Source of the DNA: a virus
Direction: 5' to 3' (one strand)
IMG/VR virus record: IMGVR_UViG_3300035099_000181
Coordinates: 1 to 64,000 of that record
Length of the DNA stretch: 64,000 nucleotides
In this document: positions 19,029-29,044 of the stretch, piece by piece
Layout: every line of letters begins with the position of its first letter
Position numbering within the stretch: position 1 is the stretch's first letter
Notes under the pieces: generated by a model
What the model saw: the letters and a program-made list of their open reading frames with translations, nothing else
Databases searched by the model: none
Told to the model about the DNA's origin: nothing
Translations under genes and position numbers: made by a program

Positions 19029-20049
19029 AACCGTTGTACCTGCCGGAGGCAACTACGGGACCGCGGGAACGTGGAGCCCGTCCGGAGTGCCTAATGCCGG
19101 TGACGACGTTGTGATGGACGCCACCAGCGGCAACTTGACGATGAATGTCAATACAAATGTGCTCAGGTCATGGGACATGACCGGTTATACAGGGACCCTC
19201 TCGAGTGACAGCCATATTCGGCTCGCTCCCGCATCGGGTACCGTCGCGTGCAAATTCGCTGGAACTGTGACATGGACTGGTGGTCTATATCTGGGCCCGG
19301 AAGCTGGCGCTACTATCAACCTTGATCCTGGCGGTAAGACATTGGGCAGCATTTATTTCGAGAGCACTTGCGCTGGAATCATAGAGTTGTTGGGTGCCCT
19401 GATATGTGGCTACATCAATATGGACACGGGAGCCACTGGCACTTTCGATATAAACGCCTATACCGTGTCATGCACTCAACTTAGTCTTGGTTCAGACTCT
19501 GGTGGGACAGTTGATCTAACAAATGCCACAATCAGCGTGGCGGGCCCGGTAAGTTTTGACGGATCAAATCAGAATGTAATATTGGCAGGCAGTACTGTCA
19601 ACATGGTAGGAGACGGATATGGTCTGTGGGCACAGGGATATATTTTTAACGTAGTAAATTTCCTTGCCAACACAACGATCTCATGCTCCAGCACTTTTGC
19701 AACGTTTGCTATTGATAAAAGTGGAGCGCCCACTTTGACCATCGCTAGCGGCACGACCCAGACCATTACGGGCACATTCGATGCTAAGGGCGATGCAGGG
19801 CATACGATAACGTTCGTGTCAGATTCTCCCGGAAACTTCTACATCTTTTCAAAAGCAGGTGGAGTTGTTGACTGTGATTATCTCTCATTGACCGACTCTC
19901 ATGCTAGTGGAGGCGCGTCTTGGTACGCAGGTTCGCATTCAACGAATGTAAGCGGAAATGACGGCTGGATATGGCTAGACGCACCTGTTTATTCATCTTT
20001 TATTAGTCCCATATCTTGGGCATATCAGCAGAGAAGGAGGGCATTGTAA
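19018..20049 (+). CDS. Beta-solenoid-like virion protein
   Basis: WSPSGVPNAGDDVV N-terminus; G/T/S/N-rich beta repeats; STNVSGNDGW. Confidence 0.6.
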   Translation: MATKTVVPAGGNYGTAGTWSPSGVPNAGDDVVMDATSGNLTMNVNTNVLRSWDMTGYTGTLSSDSHIRLAPASGTVACKFAGTVTWTGGLYLGPEAGATINLDPGGKTLGSIYFESTCAGIIELLGALICGYINMDTGATGTFDINAYTVSCTQLSLGSDSGGTVDLTNATISVAGPVSFDGSNQNVILAGSTVNMVGDGYGLWAQGYIFNVVNFLANTTISCSSTFATFAIDKSGAPTLTIASGTTQTITGTFDAKGDAGHTITFVSDSPGNFYIFSKAGGVVDCDYLSLTDSHASGGASWYAGSHSTNVSGNDGWIWLDAPVYSSFISPISWAYQQRRRAL

Positions 20050-22776
20050 ATGGACTATCTCAGGCAATCAACAGCCGCAACTATAACGATAGGCCAGTTC
20101 GTCAATGCTACATCTGGCAGCACTCCCCTTCTGTCTGTCGTCCTTGCTGGAACCTCTGCTGGCCTGCTCAAGAGCAACTCCCAGACATCCGTATCCTTGG
20201 GCGGAAGGAACTGGCAGCACATTGATGCCGGATTCTACCAGATGGGCCTTCTGTCTACAGATGTGGACGTCACCGGGCCTCTCTTTGTGTTCCTTTCCGG
20301 GGCTACGGCTGGGTCGAACAGCTTCCTTGGCGTCTGGAAGGAATTTCATGTCGTTAGCGCGAATTATTATGACTCAATCCATGGCGATGTCCTGCAACAA
20401 GTCAATTCCACGCAGTTTGGAGGGACCACCATAAGTAGTACAGGCGGTGTGACTGTCATTGACAAGACCGGATTCGGCATCTCATCAATATCATCGGCTG
20501 CTACACTTGCAACGGGAGTTACGGTTACAAGAAATTCTGACAAAGGGGGAACTACGGTATCCTCTCTAACAGACAAGTCAGGAATAACAGTAGGCTGGAT
20601 AGCATCTGGGGCTACTCTTACTGACAAGTCAGGAATAACAGTAGGCTGGATCTATTCAAGTGCTACACTTGCAACGGGAGTTACGGTTACAAGAAATTCT
20701 GACAAAGGGGGAACTACGGTATCCTCTCTAACAGACAAGTCAGGCATTACTGTAGGCTGGATAGCATCTGGGGCTACTCTTACTGACAAGTCAGGAATAA
20801 CAGTGGGCTGGATCTATTCAAGTGCTACACTTGCGACGGGAGTCATCGTCAGTACTCTCCAGGACAAATCAGGAATAACGGTAGGTTTGATTCCTTCGAC
20901 TGTTACTCTTCCTACTTCTGTGACTGTTGGAAGCATCGTATCTAGTGCTACACTTGCAGCAGGAGTGACAGTAGGAACGAATCAGGACAAGACTGGATAT
21001 TATCTTGCTCCTGACCAGTCCTCTGTTACCCTTGGTTGGCTGCTGTCCGGCGTCACCGTGACGAGGAACATGGACAAGTCAGGAACTACCATAAGTTCCA
21101 ATCTTGACAAGACAGATTATTATCTTGCACCGGACCAGTCTTCAGTCTCTATTGGATATGTACTCAGCGAGGTAACGAGTACAGTCGGATCTATTTCCTC
21201 TGGAGTCACGGTTTCTCGTATCGAATCTGGAGTTACTTTAGCAACAAGTGTTACAGCCTCTATAGGGACTGTTGTTGTTTCTCGTATAGATTCAGGAGCT
21301 ACACTTGCTACAGGAGTGACAGTGGGGACTAGCTTAGACAAGACTGGCTATAGCCTTGCTTCTGATCAATCCTCCGTTACTGTTGGAACTGTCGCGTCTG
21401 GCGTGACGGTCGCAAGAATAGAATCAGGGGCTACATTGGCCACAGGGGTCACTACATCAATTGCTTCTGTTACTGTGGCTCAGATAAATTCAGATGTTAC
21501 CTTGGCCACCGGCGTCACGACGGCAACTAACCTTGATAAGATCGGATATTATCTTGCTTTAGACCAATCTTCCGCAACGATTGGTTATGTCCTGAACAAT
21601 GTAACAACGACTGTAGGAACGATAACCTCTGGAGTAACTGTATCCCGTATTGAATCTTCTGTAACCCTTGCGACGAGCGTAACAGCCTCAATCGGGCAAG
21701 TAGTGGTGTCTCGGATTGATTCAGGAGCGACTTTAGCTACAGGCGTCACGGTAGGTACTAATTTGGACAAGACTGGATACTACCTTGCTTTGGATCAGTC
21801 ATCCGTCACTGTTGGATATGTGCTTAATGATGTGTCCACTACTATATCCTCTGGCGTGACGGTCACGAGGATAGATTCAGGGGCCACGCTCGCTACAGGA
21901 GTAACGGTAGGATCAAATCTTGACAAGACTGGATACTACTTGTTCCCTGACCAAAGTTCGGTCTCATTCGGATGGCTCCTATCTGGAGCCACAGTGACAA
22001 GAAACTTGGACAAGGGCGGAACTACCGTGTCTTCTGTCCTTGACAAGACAGGATACAGCCTCGCCTCAAATCAATCGGCTGTGTCCATCGGCGTTGTTGT
22101 TTCGGGCGTTACAGTAGGAAGGATTGATTCTGGCGCTACTTTAGCCACTAATGTCACAGCTTCCATAGGGACAGTCACAGTGTCAAGGATTGATTCTGGT
22201 GCTACTTTGGCGACAGGTGTGACTGTAGGAACAAATCTTGACAAGGGCGGAACTACTGTCTCTTCCGTGCTTGACAAAACTGGCTATAGTTTAAGCGCGG
22301 ATCAGTCCTCCGTTAGCGTCGGTTATGTTCTCAATAGCGTTACAAGCACTGTTGGAGCAATATCTTCAGGGGTCACGGTCTCCCGCATAGAGTCTGCTGT
22401 AACATTGGCAACTGGTGTGACAGTCGGGACCAATGCGGATAAGACTGGTTACAGCCTCGCCTATGACCAATCATCCGTAAGCGTAGGATATGTGCTAAGC
22501 GAAGTCACGGCATCAGGGGGTTTGGCGGATTGGACTCCAGCGGAAAAGGCACAGATTAGGGAAGCTCTTGGAATAACAGGAACTACAGAGGCCACTGCGG
22601 ATGGTCAACTCCAGTTTGTCTATCATATAGAAGGCGGGCGGTGGAAGATAGACACCACGACGAATGAGATGGTCTTCTACAAGGCAAACAACGTATCTGA
22701 GATAGCACGGTTTTCCTTGCTCGACAAGAATGGATTTGCCTCATACCTCAATCCATACGAGAGGACAAGGTCGTGA
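20050..22776 (+). CDS. 908-aa Ser/Thr-rich repetitive virion/fibre protein
   Basis: Repeated SGATLATGVTVGTNLDKTGYYLAxDQSSV modules. Confidence 0.75.
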   Translation: MDYLRQSTAATITIGQFVNATSGSTPLLSVVLAGTSAGLLKSNSQTSVSLGGRNWQHIDAGFYQMGLLSTDVDVTGPLFVFLSGATAGSNSFLGVWKEFHVVSANYYDSIHGDVLQQVNSTQFGGTTISSTGGVTVIDKTGFGISSISSAATLATGVTVTRNSDKGGTTVSSLTDKSGITVGWIASGATLTDKSGITVGWIYSSATLATGVTVTRNSDKGGTTVSSLTDKSGITVGWIASGATLTDKSGITVGWIYSSATLATGVIVSTLQDKSGITVGLIPSTVTLPTSVTVGSIVSSATLAAGVTVGTNQDKTGYYLAPDQSSVTLGWLLSGVTVTRNMDKSGTTISSNLDKTDYYLAPDQSSVSIGYVLSEVTSTVGSISSGVTVSRIESGVTLATSVTASIGTVVVSRIDSGATLATGVTVGTSLDKTGYSLASDQSSVTVGTVASGVTVARIESGATLATGVTTSIASVTVAQINSDVTLATGVTTATNLDKIGYYLALDQSSATIGYVLNNVTTTVGTITSGVTVSRIESSVTLATSVTASIGQVVVSRIDSGATLATGVTVGTNLDKTGYYLALDQSSVTVGYVLNDVSTTISSGVTVTRIDSGATLATGVTVGSNLDKTGYYLFPDQSSVSFGWLLSGATVTRNLDKGGTTVSSVLDKTGYSLASNQSAVSIGVVVSGVTVGRIDSGATLATNVTASIGTVTVSRIDSGATLATGVTVGTNLDKGGTTVSSVLDKTGYSLSADQSSVSVGYVLNSVTSTVGAISSGVTVSRIESAVTLATGVTVGTNADKTGYSLAYDQSSVSVGYVLSEVTASGGLADWTPAEKAQIREALGITGTTEATADGQLQFVYHIEGGRWKIDTTTNEMVFYKANNVSEIARFSLLDKNGFASYLNPYERTRS
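20500..20843. repeat. Near-exact 162-bp (54-aa) tandem duplication inside the S/T-rich gene
   Basis: GCTACACTTGCAACGGGAGTTACGGTTACAAGAAATTCTGACAAAGGG at 20500 and 20662. Confidence 0.9.
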
Positions 22777-23309
22777 TAGCTATTACAAGAGGGTTTGGCT
22801 CTCCGTTTATTCTCGCTGAGGCAGGGCAACTTGTCGATAGTACTTTGTCCGTCAATCTCAAGAGATCCCTGGACAAGTGGGTTTACGACAATATCAAAAA
22901 CACAGAGGGAATACCGACCGACTTCGAGGGACTACCCTTCGACAATTCCGGCGTATCGGAATGGATAACACCAAGGATCACTTCGCAGAACAGAACATTC
23001 TACAGGCAAGGTTCTGCGACAGAGTATGGGCAGGTGGATAGCGTATCCTTCCGGGTGGAGGCCTACGCCAAAAAGTCGGGCGTGACGGTATCGGATAGGC
23101 ACTATGCGATGCGGGATATCGTGGCCAACTACTTCCGGATTGGGCAGGACATCCCTCTTGTTGACTATGCTGGGGATGGCGTTTCGACAATATGCTGGCT
23201 CCGGGTCAGGGAATCCATTGAGGATGCTCCTCTGCCGGAGACTCAGGAGGAAAATAAGTATGGTATGGAATGGAAGATGGACTTCACGGAGCTGACTGCC
23301 AAGCCATGA
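22773..23309 (+). CDS. Tail terminator-like protein, paralog 1
   Basis: NLKRSLDKWV..EGIPTDFEGLPFDN..SEWITPRI; precedes the tube genes. Confidence 0.6.
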   Translation: MIAITRGFGSPFILAEAGQLVDSTLSVNLKRSLDKWVYDNIKNTEGIPTDFEGLPFDNSGVSEWITPRITSQNRTFYRQGSATEYGQVDSVSFRVEAYAKKSGVTVSDRHYAMRDIVANYFRIGQDIPLVDYAGDGVSTICWLRVRESIEDAPLPETQEENKYGMEWKMDFTELTAKP

Positions 23310-23737
23310 TAGATCATATCATCAACTTGAAGAGAGGCTTGGACAAGTACGTCAAGGATAATTTGACGGACGTAGAGGGAATTCCCACATCGTTTGAGGG
23401 CCTGCCGTTTGATAACTTGGAAGTCTCGGAGTGGATACAGCCGAGAATCATGGGCCTATTCGATCTGGCTATGAGGAATTCCGACGGTCAGGCGAGTTTT
23501 CTCTACCAAGTGGATGTCGTGGTTAAAAAGTCAGGGGCAACATCCTCGGACAGGGTATGGCAGTTAAAGGACAAGGTAAAGGCGTATTTCCTTATCGGGA
23601 AGGACATCTTCTATGCAGTGAGCGGGACTACCTTATGCCGAGCAAGGGTAAGGGAGCTTGTCAATGACCTGCCTCTCCCTGAATCGGAGACACATAGGCA
23701 CATCTTGGCATGGGATATGGACTTAGAGGAGGTGTAG
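23306..23737 (+). CDS. Tail terminator-like protein, paralog 2
   Basis: NLKRGLDKYV..EGIPTSFEGLPFDN..SEWIQPRI, homologous to the previous gene. Confidence 0.6.
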   Translation: MIDHIINLKRGLDKYVKDNLTDVEGIPTSFEGLPFDNLEVSEWIQPRIMGLFDLAMRNSDGQASFLYQVDVVVKKSGATSSDRVWQLKDKVKAYFLIGKDIFYAVSGTTLCRARVRELVNDLPLPESETHRHILAWDMDLEEV

Positions 23738-23901
23738 ACGTGGAAGAAGTCATCAGAGAAGTTCTCAGGAATCATGGACTATCAACGAATAGGGTCAACG
23801 AGATTACTGTGGACCTTATCTCAGTGCTCAAAAGGGAACTTAAAACAGGGGCAAAAGACATAACCGAGCCTCTAAACGAATACAAGGAGGTGAAAGAATA
23901 A

Positions 23902-24513
23902 ATGAATTTCCAGGGGAAGGATGGGGAGCTTAGGGTTTATTCCTACGGATACAAATATGGGGCAGACCTTTCGAGAACGACTTACTATCTTGAGATCCTG
24001 TTCTGCGACATGAACTTCACAGCGCCAACAGCAAGGCCGAGGACAGACGAGACTCTCGTGATGGACCGGGGCAAGTTCGATGGCAACGCACATTATGTCC
24101 AGAGTGACGACGAACCACGCTATGCTCCATTAGACATGTCCTTCAGTTGCCGTCTTGGGGACACAATCAACACGCGGATACTGCACGAATGGCTATCCGG
24201 GGTCACGAGTATCACTAACACCGTGGGTGGGACTTCGCAGATTTATAGTTGGGCCGGATATGCTGAGACCGCGATAGACGGAAATATCATTCCGTCATTC
24301 GAGTCTAGGACCTACGGCAAGCCTGTCTACCGCGTGGAAGTGCTATGGGACGGGACGAATGACTATGGGCTACGGTATGACGCGGTATGGTTCAAGCCTG
24401 GACAGAGCACCATAACGGAAAGCAAGGACGGATTGACGTTGAATGCCAAGGCCATGGTTTATGGAGATGTGACGAGAATACTTTCTTTTTATACGGGAAC
24501 GGCCTTCTATTAG
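23902..24513 (+). CDS. Tail tube (major tail) protein, paralog 1
   Basis: AGGAGGT RBS; MNFQGKDG start; upstream of chaperones and tape measure. Confidence 0.65.
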   Translation: MNFQGKDGELRVYSYGYKYGADLSRTTYYLEILFCDMNFTAPTARPRTDETLVMDRGKFDGNAHYVQSDDEPRYAPLDMSFSCRLGDTINTRILHEWLSGVTSITNTVGGTSQIYSWAGYAETAIDGNIIPSFESRTYGKPVYRVEVLWDGTNDYGLRYDAVWFKPGQSTITESKDGLTLNAKAMVYGDVTRILSFYTGTAFY

Positions 24514-24545
24514 GCCGAAAAGAATACAAGGAGGTGAAAGGATAA

Positions 24546-25139
24546 ATGAATTTCCAGGGGAAGGATGGGAAACTTAGGATTCAATGTGGGACGACAAAGT
24601 ATGCAGAAATTCTGTTCACGGACATGAACTTCACAGCGCCAACAGCAAGGCCCAGGACAGACGAGACCCTGATCATGAACAGGGGGAGGTTCGACAGTGA
24701 CGCTCACTATGTGCAAAGTGATGACGAGCCACGGTATGCTCCATTAGACATGTCCTTCAGTTGCCGCTTGGCGGATACGATCAACTCGCGCGGAATAGCG
24801 CAGTTGTTCTCGGGTGTGTCAAACCTCAATACAGGAGGTGCGGCGTCAGGGACTACCAGGCTGTACACCATGAAGGGGACCACTTCTATCGACGGCAACA
24901 CATTGCCAGAGTTCAACGAGAACTCTGGTGGCGTAACAGCCAAATTGGCATATCATGTCGAAGTCTTGTGGGATGGGGTACAGGATTTTGGGATGAAGTA
25001 CAACGAGGTATGGTTCAAGCCTGGGCAGAGCACCATAACGGAAAGCAAGGACGGATTAACTCTGAATGTGAAAGGCCTGATCTACGGAGAGGTTACGAGA
25101 ATATGGTCATTCACGGCAGGACTCACCCAAATACTTTAA
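24546..25139 (+). CDS. Tail tube protein, paralog 2
   Basis: Long identical blocks with paralog 1 (DMNFTAPTARPRTDETL, HYVQSDDEPRYAPLDMSFSCRL, WFKPGQSTITESKDGLTLN); upstream RBS region is also duplicated. Confidence 0.65.
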   Translation: MNFQGKDGKLRIQCGTTKYAEILFTDMNFTAPTARPRTDETLIMNRGRFDSDAHYVQSDDEPRYAPLDMSFSCRLADTINSRGIAQLFSGVSNLNTGGAASGTTRLYTMKGTTSIDGNTLPEFNENSGGVTAKLAYHVEVLWDGVQDFGMKYNEVWFKPGQSTITESKDGLTLNVKGLIYGEVTRIWSFTAGLTQIL

Positions 25140-25152
25140 CACAGAGGGATTT

Positions 25153-25698
25153 ATGAAGACGCTTAGAATAGACGAATTTAGGGAGAATGAGAGATCATTC
25201 AGCAGCACAGGAATAAGCAAAGTCAAAATGACGCAAGATGGGGAGGTCGTATGCCTTGAGATTCCGATACAATCTACCGGGATTTCCGAATTAATCGAGA
25301 CATTCCAGGCAAACGCTCCCCGTCCTCCGGCAATCAATATCTTGGTGAAGCCGGACGACCCTATCGGGAAGGAGATGAAACTGTCTAAGAGCCAATGGAT
25401 GAAGATCCCAGACCTTACCGATGCGGCGTACCTGAAGGCGAAGGACGAACACAACAACAATCTTGGCATGGCTATCCTCAGCCGTGGGCTGGCTGTAGAT
25501 ATAAAGGACGCTTCTGGGAATGTAGTCAAGGATGTTGATGCTAAGGTTGCCATATTGAAGAAGACGAAAATGTCCTCTGATCAATTCGCCCAGATCATAG
25601 GGGACATTACTTCTCTTACACAATGGTCTGATGAGGAGAGGAACCGTTTTTTCGGTCCGCAATGGGCCTTGGAGGAAAGCCAGACTTCGAGCGAATGA
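25153..25698 (+). CDS. Tail assembly chaperone (gpG-like)
   Basis: Between tube and tape measure; slippery heptamer near its 3' end. Confidence 0.75.
   Translation: MKTLRIDEFRENERSFSSTGISKVKMTQDGEVVCLEIPIQSTGISELIETFQANAPRPPAINILVKPDDPIGKEMKLSKSQWMKIPDLTDAAYLKAKDEHNNNLGMAILSRGLAVDIKDASGNVVKDVDAKVAILKKTKMSSDQFAQIIGDITSLTQWSDEERNRFFGPQWALEESQTSSE
25647..25653 (+). other. Programmed -1 frameshift slippery site T TTT TTC
   Basis: In-frame CGT TTT TTC; the -1 frame is open into ORF 25662-25901 (FRSAMGLGGKPDFE...). Confidence 0.8.
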
Positions 25699-25901
25699 CT
25701 CCCCTAGAGAGGGAGATGCGTATATGCGCGGAGTACCTCAAGTGCCCTCACCTAGAATTCATGTCCTTGCCAGCCTCGGAGAAGGAAAAATGGCTGTTAT
25801 ACGAGGAGATGCAGAGGAGCAGGGATGACTACTTTTACAGGAAGCAAGAAGCGAAGATAGCCGAGCAGACTGACAAGATGCAGAAGAACAGGGGAATATA
25901 G
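25662..25901 (+). CDS. Tail chaperone gpGT-like frameshift extension
   Basis: -1 frame relative to the 25153 ORF; ends immediately before the tape measure ATG. Confidence 0.75.
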   Translation: MGLGGKPDFERMTPLEREMRICAEYLKCPHLEFMSLPASEKEKWLLYEEMQRSRDDYFYRKQEAKIAEQTDKMQKNRGI

Positions 25902-28658
25902 ATGCTTGAAGAGCTGGTAGTAAAGGTTGGGGCCAACACAAATCAGTTTACCTACGCGATGGATCAGATCGTCAGGTCCTCCTCTACTGCTGCAAGCCAG
26001 CTCGTTTCTCATTGGACTTCCGCCTCCGCGAAGATTGCTGCAGCAATAGGCGGATATGGTCTGATGCGTCTGTCCAAGGATTTTCTCCAAGTCGGGATAG
26101 CGGCTGAGACAATGACTAAAAGCCTGTCCGCATCGACAGGCGGCATGAATGAGGCATCTGATTCCATCCAGTTTCTTAGGCAGCAGTCCGAAAGGCTCGG
26201 AACAGTATTCCAAGATCAAATAAGTGGATTTCAGCGCCTTTCCGCTGCAGGCATTCCTCTGAAGTACACTTCCGATGAGATAAAGATGATATGGCTTGGC
26301 TTGGCTGAGGCTGGTACTGCAATGCAAATGACCGGAGAGCAAATGCAGCATACAATGGTTGCCATAGAGCAGACCATGAGTAAGGGCAAGGTCTCCACCG
26401 AGGAATTGAGGCAGCAACTCTCCGAGTCACTCCCAGGCGCGTTTGCCCATGCTGCAGCGGCCATGCAGATGACGGTTCAGGACTTTAGCAAAGCCCTTGC
26501 CAAAGGATCAATAGATTCCAAGGCATTCGTACTCGTGTTCACTGACTATCTGCGCAAAACATTCGCGGAAGGGCTGTCAGAAAGCCTTGATACCACATCA
26601 AGGCAGCTCAATCGGCTGAAGAATACTTGGTATGACCTTCAGACCGCTGTCATGGGCGGGGCCACCATGTCCGAAATAGCAAAGGCATTGAAGGAGCTGA
26701 ACAAGGAATTACGAGATTGGCTAAACAGCAATAGAGAACTCATACAGCAAAAGGTGCCAGAATGGATCAATACGGTGAAGGAAAGGGCGAAAGATGTCTT
26801 TGACTTCATAATGGCAAACAAGGACTTGTCAGAGTTTGGCTTGATAGGCTACCTGATGTTTGGCAAGCAAGGCTTTCTCATAGGTTCCCTGATGGGGACC
26901 GCGATGGGTCTGTTGAAGAAGGCAGAAGGTCCTGAAAGTACTGCGGGATGGAATATCACTAATTTAGCCACGATAGAAGGAGATATAAAGTTTCATAAGG
27001 AACGAATAGAAGAATATACATCAGCGATAGAGGAGTTAAATGCTCAAGGACTCAAAGGAAGGGAATCTTTCTCTTGGTTACACGGAAGCACTTGGGGAGA
27101 ATTGCTGGACATCCAGCAAGCCTTACTTGCTCAGAAAGAGCTGCAAAAGCTAAAGATGGAAGGCTCTGTTGAATTCGACAGGCTGGCGAAGAAATGGGCC
27201 AGGCCCACTCAATATGCCGGCACGGTAATTCACCAAGAAGGTGCTCCCCCTCTTTTAACTGAGGAAGAAGTACAGGCGAATATAGCAAAAGCCTTAGAGG
27301 GAGGCGACCAAAAAGCGGAAAAGGCCGCGCGGCTACGAGCGTCGAGGATAATGGCCCTGAATGTTCGGACCGCCAAGGAGGAGAACAGGCTTACATTTGA
27401 AGGGAAGCGGGAGCAGGCGGAACTTGAATACCAGCTGGCTAGACAAAATGCTATTAAGGATGGGATCCTCAATTCAGAAACCATCAAGGCCATTGAGGGA
27501 GAACGTATCGCCTCATTGAACAGGATAGCGGCAGAAGAGAAGAAGCACAGCCTGAAGATTCAGCAGATGCGGGTTGCCTCACAGTTGGGACTGCTGCCTT
27601 CCGGCCTTCCTTTCACAGCACGAATGCAGGCGGAGGCCGAAGTCGAGAACATAAAAGCTAAAATGGCAGAGGAACTCAAGCCTTATGGAACCGAGAATAC
27701 TCCTCAGGCGATACAGGCGAGGGCAAATGCTGCTATGGTCCTAGCCAACACGCAGATAGCGGGGGACCAGATGGCTCTAAAATCGAAGCAGGCCTGGGCG
27801 CAGGAGACGCAAGATATAGAGAACCAACACCAAAGTTACATGATTGAGAATGCTATGGTCGGCGTGGACCAGATGAGAGCAAGAGCCCATCTGGAAGTGG
27901 AAATCATGCAGCAGAAATATGAACAGTTTGCGGAAATAACTGAAAGCCAGGAAAAGGCTATACGAGACGCAAAACTGGATATAACAGCGGAAGGGGCGGC
28001 ACAGATTGCCGGCTTGGAGGAGAGGCTAGCTCAGGTAAGGAAAAATGCCGCGACCGAAATAGCAGCACATACAATCAAAACCGAACGCGAAATAACTCAG
28101 ATAAAACTTGGAAACCTGTCTGAAATGCTTGGCAATACTGCGGCAGTATTTCAGCAGATATCCCAAGTGGGCGGTAAACATAATGAAACTATGTTTACTA
28201 TGTATAAAGCATTTGCCATTGCTCAGGCTATGATTTCGGCTCATCTTGCTGCTCTTCGAGCCTTAGAATCAAGTTCTCCACCTTTTAGCTATATTATGGC
28301 TGGTATGTCCTATGCCATGGCCATGGTCCAGGTCGCGGCTATCATGTCTGCAAAGCCTCCTTCAATGGACACTGGGGGCATAACAACAACGCCTGGCTTG
28401 TACTACGCAGGCGTGCCGGAGGCCCATATTCCGCTATCCGCCGCGCAGGGCAAGAACATTCCGGTATCTATAGGAAGAGGAAGCAGCAACATCACAATCG
28501 TACAGATGTCAAATCCCGTGTTCCAGGATCAGGAGACGCAGAGGGCGGTCTTCTTCCAGATAGCAGAAATGGTAGCGCGGAAAGTCGCTCCTGGGGCAGT
28601 AGAGGACAATTACTATGCAGACGGAAGCATGCGACGAATCATAAGGAGTAGTCCATGA
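25902..28658 (+). CDS. Tape measure protein
   Basis: AIEQTMSKGKVSTEELRQQLSESLPGA tape-measure domain; helical, Ala-rich, 918 aa. Confidence 0.92.
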   Translation: MLEELVVKVGANTNQFTYAMDQIVRSSSTAASQLVSHWTSASAKIAAAIGGYGLMRLSKDFLQVGIAAETMTKSLSASTGGMNEASDSIQFLRQQSERLGTVFQDQISGFQRLSAAGIPLKYTSDEIKMIWLGLAEAGTAMQMTGEQMQHTMVAIEQTMSKGKVSTEELRQQLSESLPGAFAHAAAAMQMTVQDFSKALAKGSIDSKAFVLVFTDYLRKTFAEGLSESLDTTSRQLNRLKNTWYDLQTAVMGGATMSEIAKALKELNKELRDWLNSNRELIQQKVPEWINTVKERAKDVFDFIMANKDLSEFGLIGYLMFGKQGFLIGSLMGTAMGLLKKAEGPESTAGWNITNLATIEGDIKFHKERIEEYTSAIEELNAQGLKGRESFSWLHGSTWGELLDIQQALLAQKELQKLKMEGSVEFDRLAKKWARPTQYAGTVIHQEGAPPLLTEEEVQANIAKALEGGDQKAEKAARLRASRIMALNVRTAKEENRLTFEGKREQAELEYQLARQNAIKDGILNSETIKAIEGERIASLNRIAAEEKKHSLKIQQMRVASQLGLLPSGLPFTARMQAEAEVENIKAKMAEELKPYGTENTPQAIQARANAAMVLANTQIAGDQMALKSKQAWAQETQDIENQHQSYMIENAMVGVDQMRARAHLEVEIMQQKYEQFAEITESQEKAIRDAKLDITAEGAAQIAGLEERLAQVRKNAATEIAAHTIKTEREITQIKLGNLSEMLGNTAAVFQQISQVGGKHNETMFTMYKAFAIAQAMISAHLAALRALESSSPPFSYIMAGMSYAMAMVQVAAIMSAKPPSMDTGGITTTPGLYYAGVPEAHIPLSAAQGKNIPVSIGRGSSNITIVQMSNPVFQDQETQRAVFFQIAEMVARKVAPGAVEDNYYADGSMRRIIRSSP

Positions 28659-29041
28659 GCACAGGTAGAGACTTCGAGACCGTGACAGCGACCTGGGTCT
28701 ATCCTGTAGATGGGGAGGAGTACAACGTCATCACTACCCAGGCCGAGAACATGTATAAGGAATATTACTTGCTTTCCGCCACTCCGCAGAGACAATACAG
28801 ACTCACATGCAAGGACGTTTCCGACACCACATTCGCTCTGATTGTCGCCCACTGGCGCAGCGTGTCGGGGACGTACTATCCCTTCTGGTGGACTACGGTC
28901 CCGAATTATATTGATGGGGGATACGGATCGGGAGTCTCGCTTTGGGGCCGGTGGGTAGGCAAGCCAAAATGGGAGCCCAAGTCGCGCTCCTGGGACGTTG
29001 AGATGGTATTCGAGCAGGACCCCTCGCGAGAAGTGGTGTAG
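28655..29041 (+). CDS. Distal tail protein (Dit/gpM-like)
   Basis: 128 aa directly after the tape measure; YYPFWWT and WDVEMVFEQ. Confidence 0.6.
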   Translation: MSTGRDFETVTATWVYPVDGEEYNVITTQAENMYKEYYLLSATPQRQYRLTCKDVSDTTFALIVAHWRSVSGTYYPFWWTTVPNYIDGGYGSGVSLWGRWVGKPKWEPKSRSWDVEMVFEQDPSREVV

Positions 29042-29044
29042 AGT

